A program made the translations under genes and the position numbers. A DNA stretch of 55,023 nt, from contig CASDQF010000034.1 in the NCBI GenBank assembly GCA_949282845.1, positions 1 to 55,023 of the forward strand, in the 5' to 3' direction. Shown here piece after piece: positions 9,049 through 18,680 of this stretch. The notes beneath the pieces were generated by a model. The model was not told where the DNA came from. It saw only the letters and a list, made by a program, of their open reading frames with translations, and did not search any database. Every line of letters begins with the position of its first letter. The stretch's first letter is position 1. Source of the stretch: an uncultured Alphaproteobacteria bacterium. GTDB lineage: Bacteria; Pseudomonadota; Alphaproteobacteria; CAAHEQ01; UBA3637.

Positions 9049-9815
9049 AAAACATACCTCCGATTCAAGCAAAAAACATAACCGTTGCTTACGGTTCTTT
9101 TGTTTTACTAAAAGAGATTGATTTTACGGTCAATCCTCATGATATTTTCATTATCATGGGAGGCTCCGGATGTGGAAAAAGCAGTCTATTGCGTGTCTTA
9201 ACAGGTTTAATGCCCCCCACTCATGGCGATATCTTGATTGATGGAGTTAATTTTACAAAAGCTTCACCCTCCGAAAGAAATTTTTTAATGCAAAAAAGCG
9301 GTATTTTATATCAAAGCGGTGCTTTATTTAGCTCCATGACTTTGGCAGAAAATATTGCTCTTCCCTTACAACAATATACTTCTTACTCTCAGAAAACAAT
9401 CAGTGAGTTGGTTTCTCTCAAATTAGCTCTCGTAGGATTAGCCGGTTTTGAAGATTTCTATCCTTCCGAAATATCCGGGGGTATGAAAAAAAGAGCCGGT
9501 TTGGCGCGAGCTCTCGCATTAGACCCTGAGATTGTCTATTTTGATGAACCTTCAGCAGGATTGGATCCCATCAGTTCTAAACGATTGGATGATTTAATTA
9601 TTGACATCAATCAAACGCTCGGAACAACAATCGTTGTCGTCACTCATGAATTAAGCTCTATTTTTGACATCGGAACAAACAGTATTTTCTTAGACAGCGT
9701 CAGTAAAAACATTATCGCACGCGGCGCACCAAAGGAACTTTTAAGAAACCCGCCCAATGAAACAGTTTATGAATTTTTAACAAGAGGAACTCATTATGCG
9801 CAAACAACCACATAA
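9045..9815 (+). CDS. mlaF: MlaF-family ABC ATPase
   Basis: GGSGCGKS, QSGALFSSMT, ISGGMKKR, FDEPSAGLDP. Confidence 0.9.
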   Translation: MKNIPPIQAKNITVAYGSFVLLKEIDFTVNPHDIFIIMGGSGCGKSSLLRVLTGLMPPTHGDILIDGVNFTKASPSERNFLMQKSGILYQSGALFSSMTLAENIALPLQQYTSYSQKTISELVSLKLALVGLAGFEDFYPSEISGGMKKRAGLARALALDPEIVYFDEPSAGLDPISSKRLDDLIIDINQTLGTTIVVVTHELSSIFDIGTNSIFLDSVSKNIIARGAPKELLRNPPNETVYEFLTRGTHYAQTTT

Positions 9816-10578
9816 AAAAGTAATAGGTCTTTTTATTCTTATCGGATTTATACTCCTGCTTGCTCTCATCACAAATTCTCTTTTAAATAAGTTTTTTGTA
9901 GACGAGGAAAATCTCGTTGTTATGTATTTCGACGAATCTGTTAAAGGTTTAAATGTCGGCTCTTCTGTTGTATTCAAAGGAGTTGAAATCGGAAAAGTAT
10001 CAAAAATTGAATTACTGGCAGATGCTGAAAATATGGATTTTAGTATTCCCGTATATGCTCGTTTATCATCTAATCAAGATTTAGCAAACTTAGACTTATC
10101 TTTATGGGAAAAAAAACGAGGTCTTTCTTCCTTTATTAAAAAAGGACTTAGAGCTCGACTCATTACTCAAAGCTATTTAACAGGTCAATTGATGATTGAA
10201 TTAGAAATGTTGCCCGATACTCCTATTGTTCTTAAAAATAAAAATGCTGCTATGCTTGAAATACCTACTGTTTTATCTCCCATCGGAGAGCTATCAAAGG
10301 GTTTCCAAACTTTACCCCTCCGAAAAACCTTAGAAACTTTCAATAATATCCTTTCTCAAATGGATAAAGAACTCCCGCGTATTTTACCTCAATTTGCCGA
10401 AATAGGTGAAAAGCTTAATCACTTCATAGAACAAAATGGACCATTAACTTCAGATACGCTGAATACAATGAACGAAACTTTATATGATATCAGTGATGCA
10501 GCAAAAGCTCTTCGTAATTTTGCTGATTATATAGAACGTCACCCAGAAGCTATTTTAAAAGGAAAAGGAGAATACTAA
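9796..10578 (+). CDS. mlaD: MCE/MlaD-family protein
   Basis: N-terminal TM; SVKGLNVGSSVVFKGVEIGKV MCE motif; PqiB-like C-terminus. Confidence 0.85.
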   Translation: MRKQPHKKVIGLFILIGFILLLALITNSLLNKFFVDEENLVVMYFDESVKGLNVGSSVVFKGVEIGKVSKIELLADAENMDFSIPVYARLSSNQDLANLDLSLWEKKRGLSSFIKKGLRARLITQSYLTGQLMIELEMLPDTPIVLKNKNAAMLEIPTVLSPIGELSKGFQTLPLRKTLETFNNILSQMDKELPRILPQFAEIGEKLNHFIEQNGPLTSDTLNTMNETLYDISDAAKALRNFADYIERHPEAILKGKGEY

Positions 10579-11147
10579 TGAAAAAAGGAATTGCCTTCTT
10601 AGCTTTGTTTTTCTTAACCGCATGTATCGGAACAAGTTTACCAACAACTTTTTATACCTTACGTTCTGAAAAGCCTGAACAAATATTTCAAACAAAAGTC
10701 ACTATCGGTATCGATCCCGTTAAAATACCGGCTTTTTTAGATAAACCCCAAATTGTCGTTCGTCAAAAAAACGATATTCAACTCAAATTTTCAGAAACGA
10801 ACCGTTGGAGTGAACCTCTTTCTTCTTTACTCCAACGCACTTTAACAGAGGATATAGCGCAAGCGTTGCCAAAAGCAGAAGTAAAATCCAAAACATCAGC
10901 CAGAGAACGATTTGAGTATATTGTTTCTGTTGAAATTTCTGATATGACCGGCACTTTCAATGAAAAAATGACCCTCAATGCTTGGTTTACCATTACAGAT
11001 CAAGCAGGAGCCATGTTAACGCGTCGTAAAGTAATTTTATCTGAAAAACTGGGAGATACTTATGATAATCTAGTCATAATACAAAGTGACCTGATAGCAC
11101 AATTAGCCGATAAAATTATTCAACAGATTATTGTTCTTCGAAAATAA
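10578..11147 (+). CDS. PqiC-like ABC auxiliary lipoprotein
   Basis: Lipobox LTAC; PAFLDKPQIV; NRWSEPL; last gene of the MCE operon. Confidence 0.85.
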   Translation: MKKGIAFLALFFLTACIGTSLPTTFYTLRSEKPEQIFQTKVTIGIDPVKIPAFLDKPQIVVRQKNDIQLKFSETNRWSEPLSSLLQRTLTEDIAQALPKAEVKSKTSARERFEYIVSVEISDMTGTFNEKMTLNAWFTITDQAGAMLTRRKVILSEKLGDTYDNLVIIQSDLIAQLADKIIQQIIVLRK

Positions 11148-11174
11148 GCGTGTATCCTCTTGAAAGGAAGAAAG

Positions 11175-11834
11175 ATGAAAATACAAGAACAACAAAACTT
11201 AAACAATGATCTTTTTCATGCAATTGATAGTGGACTTTTATCCGCCGTTAAACGTATGGTCTGTCTCGGTGCGGATACGGAAGCTTTAACGGAAGATAAA
11301 CAGAATCCTCTTTTCTATGCGATCAATCATCAAGCTTCGGAAGTTATCCAAAATTATTTAATTGAACAAATCCATCAATTAAATTTTATTCATCCTAACG
11401 GGATTTCCGTTCTGCAACTGGCGGTCCATAAAAATGCGCCTTGTTTAAAGAAACTTTTATCTTGTCCAACGCTAGATGTTAATTATCAATCAACAATTGG
11501 TAGTGCTCTTCATATCGCAATTAATGAAAATAAAACTGAAACTGTCCAAATGTTATTAAAACACCCCAATATTTGGGTTAATGCGCGTAATATGGAACAA
11601 GAAACGCCGCTCATCCAAGCCATCATTTTAAAGAGACCTCAAATTGTTGCTTTATTATTACAACATAAAGATATCAATGTTCATTTAGCTCACCCCTTTA
11701 TGGGTTCACCTGCTCAAATTGCTTTTCGTTCAGGAGAAAAAGATATCTTTCAAATGCTTAAAAACAAAAACGCAACTCTAAAAATACCTTTGCTTCATTA
11801 TGTCGAGGCAATCAAGCAGAATATATATGCTTAA
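11175..11834 (+). CDS. Ankyrin-repeat protein
   Basis: NPLFYAI, SALHIAI, TPLIQAI, DVN motifs. Start placed at the ATG after GAAAGGAAG. Confidence 0.85.
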   Translation: MKIQEQQNLNNDLFHAIDSGLLSAVKRMVCLGADTEALTEDKQNPLFYAINHQASEVIQNYLIEQIHQLNFIHPNGISVLQLAVHKNAPCLKKLLSCPTLDVNYQSTIGSALHIAINENKTETVQMLLKHPNIWVNARNMEQETPLIQAIILKRPQIVALLLQHKDINVHLAHPFMGSPAQIAFRSGEKDIFQMLKNKNATLKIPLLHYVEAIKQNIYA

Positions 11835-11899
11835 AATATAAAAAACTCTATCGAACTTAGAAATGTTTTTTTTCAAAAGAGGTTAGTTATATTTTATAC

Positions 11900-11951
11900 T
11901 TGACATTTCAAAACTTGAATGATTAAATTATTGAATAATTCAAAATTTGAA
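11900..11951 (+). promoter_or_regulatory. marR promoter with two palindromic operator sites
   Basis: TTGACA at 11900-11905; TTCAAAACTTGAA at 11907-11919 and TTCAAAATTTGAA at 11939-11951. Confidence 0.65.
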
Positions 11952-11962
11952 AGAACAAAAAT

Positions 11963-12415
11963 ATGAAAAAAGTTGATTCTGTCGTTAATGAGTTTCTCAA
12001 AAAAATCTCTAATGATCGACGATTTGGACGAATTTTATTCGCCACCATCATTTCTCCGCCGGAGAGGCCTCAAAAAATTTTTTTATTGGATGACTTAGAG
12101 GAAATCGGAAAAGCAAAATTAAAAGATATTGCTCAAAGAACCGGACACTCTCCTCAAAACTTATGTATGCTTTATAACAACTTTGAAAAAGAAGGACTTG
12201 TTCATAGGGAAGTTGATCGTTCTAATCGCAGAAATACATATTATTTTTTAACCGACAAAGGAAAAAAAATGGTTGAAGAACATAAAAAATCTGCTCGAAA
12301 AGCAATGAAAGATTTTTTTTCTCTTTTATCTGATGACGAGCTGGAAGAATTTAAAAACAGCTTAGAGAAAACAAATAAACTAATGGAAAAAGTGTTAAAA
12401 GGAATACAAGCATGA
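11963..12415 (+). CDS. MarR-family transcriptional regulator
   Basis: Winged-helix motif EKEGLVHR…DRSNRR…LTDKG; first gene of an efflux operon. Confidence 0.88.
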   Translation: MKKVDSVVNEFLKKISNDRRFGRILFATIISPPERPQKIFLLDDLEEIGKAKLKDIAQRTGHSPQNLCMLYNNFEKEGLVHREVDRSNRRNTYYFLTDKGKKMVEEHKKSARKAMKDFFSLLSDDELEEFKNSLEKTNKLMEKVLKGIQA

Positions 12416-13593
12416 CTTTATTCAAAAACAAAAAAAAGATTATTTTTTACAGCCTTTTTCTCATTCTTACAGGCTCTATTGGCTATTATTTTTTAAAGCC
12501 GAAAAATGAAATTTTATATATCTCTGAACCCGTAACACTTCAGAACATTCAAAAAGTCGTTAATGCAACCGGAGAAGTCAAAGCGATTGAACTTGTAACA
12601 GTTGGTGCGCAAGCATCCGGTAAAATTGAAAAGCTTCATGTCGTTGTGGGCCAAGAAGTTAAACAAGGAGAAATGATTGCAGAAATTGATTCCAGTACTC
12701 AACAAAACGAAGTCGATAGTACAAAAGCCAAGCTAACTAGTTATGAGGCACAACTAAAAGCCGCTGAAGTCACACTTCGAATTACAAAAAAACAATATGA
12801 ACGCATGAAGGCTTTACGGGAGCAAGATGCTGCTTCTGAAGAAGAACTGGAAAATACAGAAGATGCTTATGAAACGGCTAAATCTCGCGTCGTCGAGCTT
12901 CAAGCAACAATAGAAGAAACCAAAATTGCTCTCAGTACCGCAGAAACAAACTTAGGTTATACAAAAATTACAGCGCCTTTGGATGGAACGATTGTCTCTG
13001 TTCCCGTTAAACAAGGGCAAACTGTTAACGCAGCAATGAATACACCAACGATTGTTCAAATTGCTGATTTAAGCCAAATGGAAATTTTAATCGAAATTTC
13101 TGAAGGAGACATCGCCTATGTTGAACCGGGACAAAAAGTGACTTATTCTACTTTAGCCGATTTAAATGAGACATATGAAACAACGCTTCGTTCGATTGAT
13201 CCCGGACTAACATTGCTAACGAATGGAGAATACACAGAAGTTGTCGATGACAGTGAAGCCATTTATTATTACGGTCGTTTAGTCGTTCCGAATCCCAAGA
13301 AAAAATTAAGAATAGGAATGACAACTCAAAATGTTATTTATGTAGCCGGAGCTGAAAATGTTTTGACTGTTCCTTCCTTAGCTATCAAAGGAACGACGGA
13401 AAATCCTTATGTAGAAATCTTGACAGCTTCAGGTACCCTCGAACGACGACCAGTTGTTACCGGCGTTTCTGATGGACTAAATGTTGAAATTCAAAGTGGC
13501 GTTCAAGAAGGGGAAAATGTCGTTATTGCTCAAATGAGCTCTTCGGAGGCCTCTGATAAAGCGACAAGTATGCGTGGTCCAAGAGGGTTATAA
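12412..13593 (+). CDS. macA: MacA-type periplasmic adaptor
   Basis: VGAQASGKI, LGYTKITAPLDGTIV, GQTVNA…PTI. Confidence 0.88.
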   Translation: MTLFKNKKKIIFYSLFLILTGSIGYYFLKPKNEILYISEPVTLQNIQKVVNATGEVKAIELVTVGAQASGKIEKLHVVVGQEVKQGEMIAEIDSSTQQNEVDSTKAKLTSYEAQLKAAEVTLRITKKQYERMKALREQDAASEEELENTEDAYETAKSRVVELQATIEETKIALSTAETNLGYTKITAPLDGTIVSVPVKQGQTVNAAMNTPTIVQIADLSQMEILIEISEGDIAYVEPGQKVTYSTLADLNETYETTLRSIDPGLTLLTNGEYTEVVDDSEAIYYYGRLVVPNPKKKLRIGMTTQNVIYVAGAENVLTVPSLAIKGTTENPYVEILTASGTLERRPVVTGVSDGLNVEIQSGVQEGENVVIAQMSSSEASDKATSMRGPRGL

Positions 13594-15533
13594 TGAAAAT
13601 TATTGAACTCAAAAAAATCAATAAGTTTTTTGGCAGCGGCAGTAATCGCGTTCATGTCTTAAAAGACATTAATCTCTCTATTGAAAAAGGAGATTTTGTT
13701 GCTATTATCGGACAATCCGGCTCGGGGAAATCGACTTTAATGAACATTATCGGTTGCTTAGACGTCCCAACAACCGGTTCTTATCAAATTAACGGTGTTG
13801 AAGTCGGTAAGATGGAAAAGGATCAATTAGCTGATTTACGCTGTAAAACTTTTGGTTTTATTTTCCAACGTTATAATCTGCTTTCAACCTTATCAGCAGA
13901 TGATAACGCCGCCTTACCTGCTATTTATCTGGGTCTTAATGCAACAGATAGAAAAGAACGAGCTCAACAACTATTAAGAAAACTCGACTTAGGAGAAAAA
14001 CTACGCAACAAACCAAATGAATTATCCGGTGGACAACAACAACGAGTTAGTATTGCTCGTGCTTTAATGAACGGCGGCGAAATTATTCTCGCTGATGAGC
14101 CAACCGGAGCCTTAGATTCAAAAAGTGGTGAAAACGTCATGGAGATTATTAAAAGCCTTCATAAACAAGGACATACAATTATCTTGGTCACACATGACAG
14201 TCATATTGCACAACAAGCCAGCCGAATTATTGAAATTAAAGACGGACAAATCGAAACTGACACACGGAAAAAAAGTGAATTTAATGAGCTAAAAGACAAA
14301 ATTCAAAACATTCGTCGTAGTCGTTTAAGCGCTTTAAAATATAGTTTTTTAGAATCTCTAAATATGTCACTTCATGCCATTTTATCTAATAAAATGCGCT
14401 CCCTTTTAACAATGCTTGGTATTATCATCGGCATTGCTTCCGTTGTATCCGTTGTCGCTTTGGGAAATGCTTCACAAGCACGAATTATGGAACAAATCAG
14501 CTCTATGGGGACAAACACTATTGATATCTTACCCGGAACAGGCTTTGGTGACAGACGCTCCGGAAAAATCAAAAGCTTAAAAGTCAGTGATTCTGATTAT
14601 TTAGCCAAACAAGGATTTATTGACAGTTCAACGCCAAATGTATCTGCCAGCGGAACACTAACCTATAAAAATAATTCCGTGACAGCTTCTTTAACCGGTG
14701 TCGGAGCCTCTTTCTTCGAGGTAAAAGGACGTAAAATTGCTCAAGGACGAGAATTTACTCAAGAAGAAGTGGAAAAAATGGCTTCTGTCGTTGTCATTGA
14801 TGATAATACTTTAAACGAAGTCTTTCCGGATATACCTAATCCTATTGGAGAAATTATCCTTTTCAACAAAAAGCCCTTACGAGTTATCGGTGTCACTGAA
14901 GAAGATAACAACCCGGGTCCCATGTCTGATTCTATGCATCTATGGACGCCTTATACAACAGCTATGTATAAAATCAACGGAACGACAGACATTAATTCAA
15001 TCACTGTTAAAGTTTCTGACAATGTCAACTCTCAAGTGGCAGAAGAAAGCGTTGAAATGATTTTAACGACGCTCCACGGAAAAAAAGATTTTTTTATGAT
15101 TAACAGCGATAGCATTAAACAAACAATCGAAAGTACCACAAATACGATGCGTTTACTGATTGCCAGCATTGCGGTTATCTCATTGATTGTCGGTGGAATC
15201 GGTGTGATGAACATCATGCTGGTCTCCGTAACAGAACGGACTAAAGAAATTGGCATCCGAATGGCTATCGGAGCAAAACAAATGGATATTTTACAACAAT
15301 TTCTGATTGAAGCTGTTTTAATTTGTATTGTCGGCGGCTTTATGGGGGTTGCTCTTTCAATGCTTGTCGGTTGGGGGTTCAACACATTTTCTACAACCTT
15401 CGGAATGGATTTTTCTCTGTCATCCATCATCCTCGCTTTGGTTTGTTCCTCTTCCATCGGCATTATCTTTGGCTATATGCCAGCAAAAAACGCCTCGAAC
15501 CTTAACCCTATTGATGCCCTAGCGAGTGAATAA
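13593..15533 (+). CDS. macB: MacB ABC transporter (ATPase plus permease)
   Basis: GQSGSGKS, LSGGQQQR, RSLLTMLGIIIG, GGIGVMNIMLVSVTERTKEIG. Confidence 0.93.
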   Translation: MKIIELKKINKFFGSGSNRVHVLKDINLSIEKGDFVAIIGQSGSGKSTLMNIIGCLDVPTTGSYQINGVEVGKMEKDQLADLRCKTFGFIFQRYNLLSTLSADDNAALPAIYLGLNATDRKERAQQLLRKLDLGEKLRNKPNELSGGQQQRVSIARALMNGGEIILADEPTGALDSKSGENVMEIIKSLHKQGHTIILVTHDSHIAQQASRIIEIKDGQIETDTRKKSEFNELKDKIQNIRRSRLSALKYSFLESLNMSLHAILSNKMRSLLTMLGIIIGIASVVSVVALGNASQARIMEQISSMGTNTIDILPGTGFGDRRSGKIKSLKVSDSDYLAKQGFIDSSTPNVSASGTLTYKNNSVTASLTGVGASFFEVKGRKIAQGREFTQEEVEKMASVVVIDDNTLNEVFPDIPNPIGEIILFNKKPLRVIGVTEEDNNPGPMSDSMHLWTPYTTAMYKINGTTDINSITVKVSDNVNSQVAEESVEMILTTLHGKKDFFMINSDSIKQTIESTTNTMRLLIASIAVISLIVGGIGVMNIMLVSVTERTKEIGIRMAIGAKQMDILQQFLIEAVLICIVGGFMGVALSMLVGWGFNTFSTTFGMDFSLSSIILALVCSSSIGIIFGYMPAKNASNLNPIDALASE

Positions 15534-15535
15534 TC

Positions 15536-16909
15536 ATGATAATTAAAGATTCTTATTTCTTATATTTAATCCTATTCATCTGTCTTTTAACAGGCTGTAC
15601 AACACCTTCTATTACTGTGCCTCAACTGAATGATGAGCTCAAAACAAAGCAAGAAATAAAAAATGATTACACAATTCAAGATACTTGGTGGGAAACTTAT
15701 AACAATGATGAATTAAACTCTCTAATTGATAAAGCGCTCAAAAATAACCCAGATTATTTAAAAGCCGCATTAACTATGCAAAAAGAGCTTTATCAATTAA
15801 ATTTAGCAACATCAGATTTGTTTCCGACACTTTCAGGAACTCTGAGTGCCTCTTCTCAAAAAGATTTGAATAAAACATATGATAGCAATAATAATTTTTC
15901 AGGAGAAATCGGTTTAAATTATGAACTCGATTTATATGGAAAAATTCGAGATGCCCAAAGTGCTCAAGAGTTCGAGTATAAAGCAACTGTGCAAGATAAA
16001 GAAACAGCTCGCCTTACTCTCATTAACAGCGTTATTGATTTATATTTTAACTTAGAATATCTCCAAAATGTCATTGATTTAACACACCAAGATATCAAAG
16101 CATATCAAGATATCGAAAAGATTATGCAAGAAAAATATGAAAGTGGAAAAGTTGCTCCGCTGGAATATGTTCAAGCCAAACAAAGCCGTATCAGTGAACA
16201 ATCTCGCTTATTGGAATATGAAACACAATTCAAAGAAATGGAACAAAGTTTAAAAAATATTCTTAATATGCGACCGGATGAAGAGTTAAGTTTAAAATAT
16301 GGATCAATTTTGGAACAAAAAACTTTAACAGTTGATATAGATGTTCCTTTATCTGTCCTTGCTAATCGACCTGATTTAATTGCTAGTCAACTTCGCTTAG
16401 AAAAAGCATTTAAATTACTGACAGCTGAGGAAAAAAATTGGTATCCAAATATTTCTTTAAAAGGAGCCTTTGGTTCTTCTTCTTCGAAATCACGAACAAC
16501 CTTTGATTTTCCTTTTGTGCTAGGAAGTATATCTTTAGACTTGCCTTTCTTAGACTGGAACCGTGTTAAAAACAATGTTAAAATCTCCGAAGCAGATTAT
16601 CAAATTGCACTCTTAGACTTTAAAGACACGCTGACCCAAGCTTTGAATGAAGTTGTCTATTATTACACCGCATATGAGAAAACAATGGGCATCTTTGAAA
16701 ATACTCAAAAAAACATTAAAAATAGCCGAGAAATTACCGAGTATTACGAAATCCGTTATAACAATGGAAAAGCAGAATTTAAAGATTTATTAGAAGCTAT
16801 TCATACAGAAAATGCTACACGAAAAGACTATGTCCAACAAAAATATCAAATTATAAAATATGAAAATTATATTTATAAAGCAATGAACGGAAGATATATC
16901 AAAAAATAA
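15536..16909 (+). CDS. TolC-family outer membrane efflux lipoprotein
   Basis: Lipobox LTGC; WWETYN; YELDLYGK; NRPDL; follows macB. Confidence 0.88.
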   Translation: MIIKDSYFLYLILFICLLTGCTTPSITVPQLNDELKTKQEIKNDYTIQDTWWETYNNDELNSLIDKALKNNPDYLKAALTMQKELYQLNLATSDLFPTLSGTLSASSQKDLNKTYDSNNNFSGEIGLNYELDLYGKIRDAQSAQEFEYKATVQDKETARLTLINSVIDLYFNLEYLQNVIDLTHQDIKAYQDIEKIMQEKYESGKVAPLEYVQAKQSRISEQSRLLEYETQFKEMEQSLKNILNMRPDEELSLKYGSILEQKTLTVDIDVPLSVLANRPDLIASQLRLEKAFKLLTAEEKNWYPNISLKGAFGSSSSKSRTTFDFPFVLGSISLDLPFLDWNRVKNNVKISEADYQIALLDFKDTLTQALNEVVYYYTAYEKTMGIFENTQKNIKNSREITEYYEIRYNNGKAEFKDLLEAIHTENATRKDYVQQKYQIIKYENYIYKAMNGRYIKK

Positions 16910-16914
16910 TACTT

Positions 16915-18528
16915 TTATTTTGCCTGTTCCTTTATTGTTTTATAAAAGTTCCAGCCACCAGCATAACTTAACACATGACTAAAACCGTTCTGCATTAAAA
17001 TTCTTGCAACGACATAACTGGTGTATCCTTTAAAACAATGAACCATAATTATTTTATCTTTTGGCAGTTCAGCTAAGCGAGAACGAATTTGTCCAGCAGG
17101 AATATTAACAGCTCCGTCAATATGCTCCTGAGCATAAATTTGCGGAGGACGCACATCTAAAACAAACATATCATTAAAATCAATGCCAAAATAGGGCTTT
17201 ACTAATCCTTGTCTTACATTTTCAATCGCCATACCGATAAGGTTAATCGGATCTTTAGCTCCAGAGTATGGCGGAGCATAACAAAGCTCAGCATCTCGTA
17301 AATCTGCTGTTGTCCCTTTCAAACGCATAATAGTTGCGATTATATCAATCCGTTTATCAACACCCTCTTTTCCAACAGCCTGTGCTCCTAAAATTTGACC
17401 ATCTGATGAATACAAAACCTTTAATGTTATACTTTCAGCACCGGGATAATAACTCGCATGAGAATTAGCTAAAATAATCATCTTTTCATAATCAATACCA
17501 TTCTGTTGCAATTGTTTCTCATTATTTCCAGTAAAAGCAACCGTTTTATCAAAAATCTTTACAATCCCTGTCCCTTGCGTCCCTGTATAAGAATAAGGAT
17601 AATGACCAGCGATATGATCTGCAATTAAACGCCCCTGCCGATTCGCTGGTCCAGCTAAAGCTATCATTGTTAAATTCCCTGTCACAAAATCTTTGACCGC
17701 AACATTATCTCCACAAGCATAAATATCGGCAAAATTTGTTTGCATATACGCATTGGTTATAATCAATCCCTTTTCCGTCAGCTTTATTCCGGATGCTCCT
17801 GCCAATTTTGTTTCCGGACGCATACCAGCAGCCAAAATCAACATATCAGAAGAAATCTCTTTTCCTGAACTTAAAAGGAGTTTTTTTGGTTCAATCTTTT
17901 TCAATCCATCTTTTAAATAAAGCTCTACACCATTCTTTTTCAGTTCAGTATGAACTTGCGGTACCATATCTGTATCAAGAGGAAGTAAAACCTGATCAGC
18001 CATTTCAACTAAAGCTGTTTTTATCCCAAGATGAGATAGATTTTCAGCAACTTCTAGCCCAATAAAACCTCCTCCGACAATAGTTGCTTTTTCAGGCTTT
18101 TTTTGTTCAATAAAAGTTTTAATTTTATCTGCATCAGCTAGGGTCTTCACTATAAAATGAGGCATGTTTTCTAAGCCATCAATCTGTGGAATAAAGGGCG
18201 TTGTTCCTGTCGCGATTACTAATTTATCAAAAATAAATTTTCTTCCATCTGCTGTTTGAACAAATTTCTCTTGAGGATTAATTAAAACAACCTCAGCATT
18301 TAATTGAACATCTATATTAAATAATTGCTTAAAAAAAGCTGGAGAAGCAACTTGCATATCACTTCTATCTTCTATAATATCACCGATAAAATAAGGTAAT
18401 CCACAACTGGCAATAGATGTCTCTTTCGTTTTTTCTAAAATAGTGATTTCTGCCTTCTCATTCAACCTTCTCATCCTTGCTGCGAAACTTGAACCACCTG
18501 CTCCACCACCGACGACAACTATCTTCAT
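16915..18528 (-). CDS. CoA-disulfide reductase-rhodanese fusion (Cdr/Npsr-like)
   Basis: GGGAGG, SIASCGLPY, GGGFIG, YAPPYS, C-terminal rhodanese (DVR…HCFKG). Start taken at MKIVVV. Confidence 0.88.
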   Translation of the reverse strand: MKIVVVGGGAGGSSFAARMRRLNEKAEITILEKTKETSIASCGLPYFIGDIIEDRSDMQVASPAFFKQLFNIDVQLNAEVVLINPQEKFVQTADGRKFIFDKLVIATGTTPFIPQIDGLENMPHFIVKTLADADKIKTFIEQKKPEKATIVGGGFIGLEVAENLSHLGIKTALVEMADQVLLPLDTDMVPQVHTELKKNGVELYLKDGLKKIEPKKLLLSSGKEISSDMLILAAGMRPETKLAGASGIKLTEKGLIITNAYMQTNFADIYACGDNVAVKDFVTGNLTMIALAGPANRQGRLIADHIAGHYPYSYTGTQGTGIVKIFDKTVAFTGNNEKQLQQNGIDYEKMIILANSHASYYPGAESITLKVLYSSDGQILGAQAVGKEGVDKRIDIIATIMRLKGTTADLRDAELCYAPPYSGAKDPINLIGMAIENVRQGLVKPYFGIDFNDMFVLDVRPPQIYAQEHIDGAVNIPAGQIRSRLAELPKDKIIMVHCFKGYTSYVVARILMQNGFSHVLSYAGGWNFYKTIKEQAK

Positions 18529-18680
18529 TTTGTGAAACTCCCTAAATATTATTTTAAGTCTCAATATTTTATCTTTAAATACTCATTTTGAGCAAGAAGA
18601 AAAATTTGCAATAAAAGAAATACATCAAAAACTTACAATTATACTCATAAGCAGAATCTATCATAAACGTCATTAAACGT

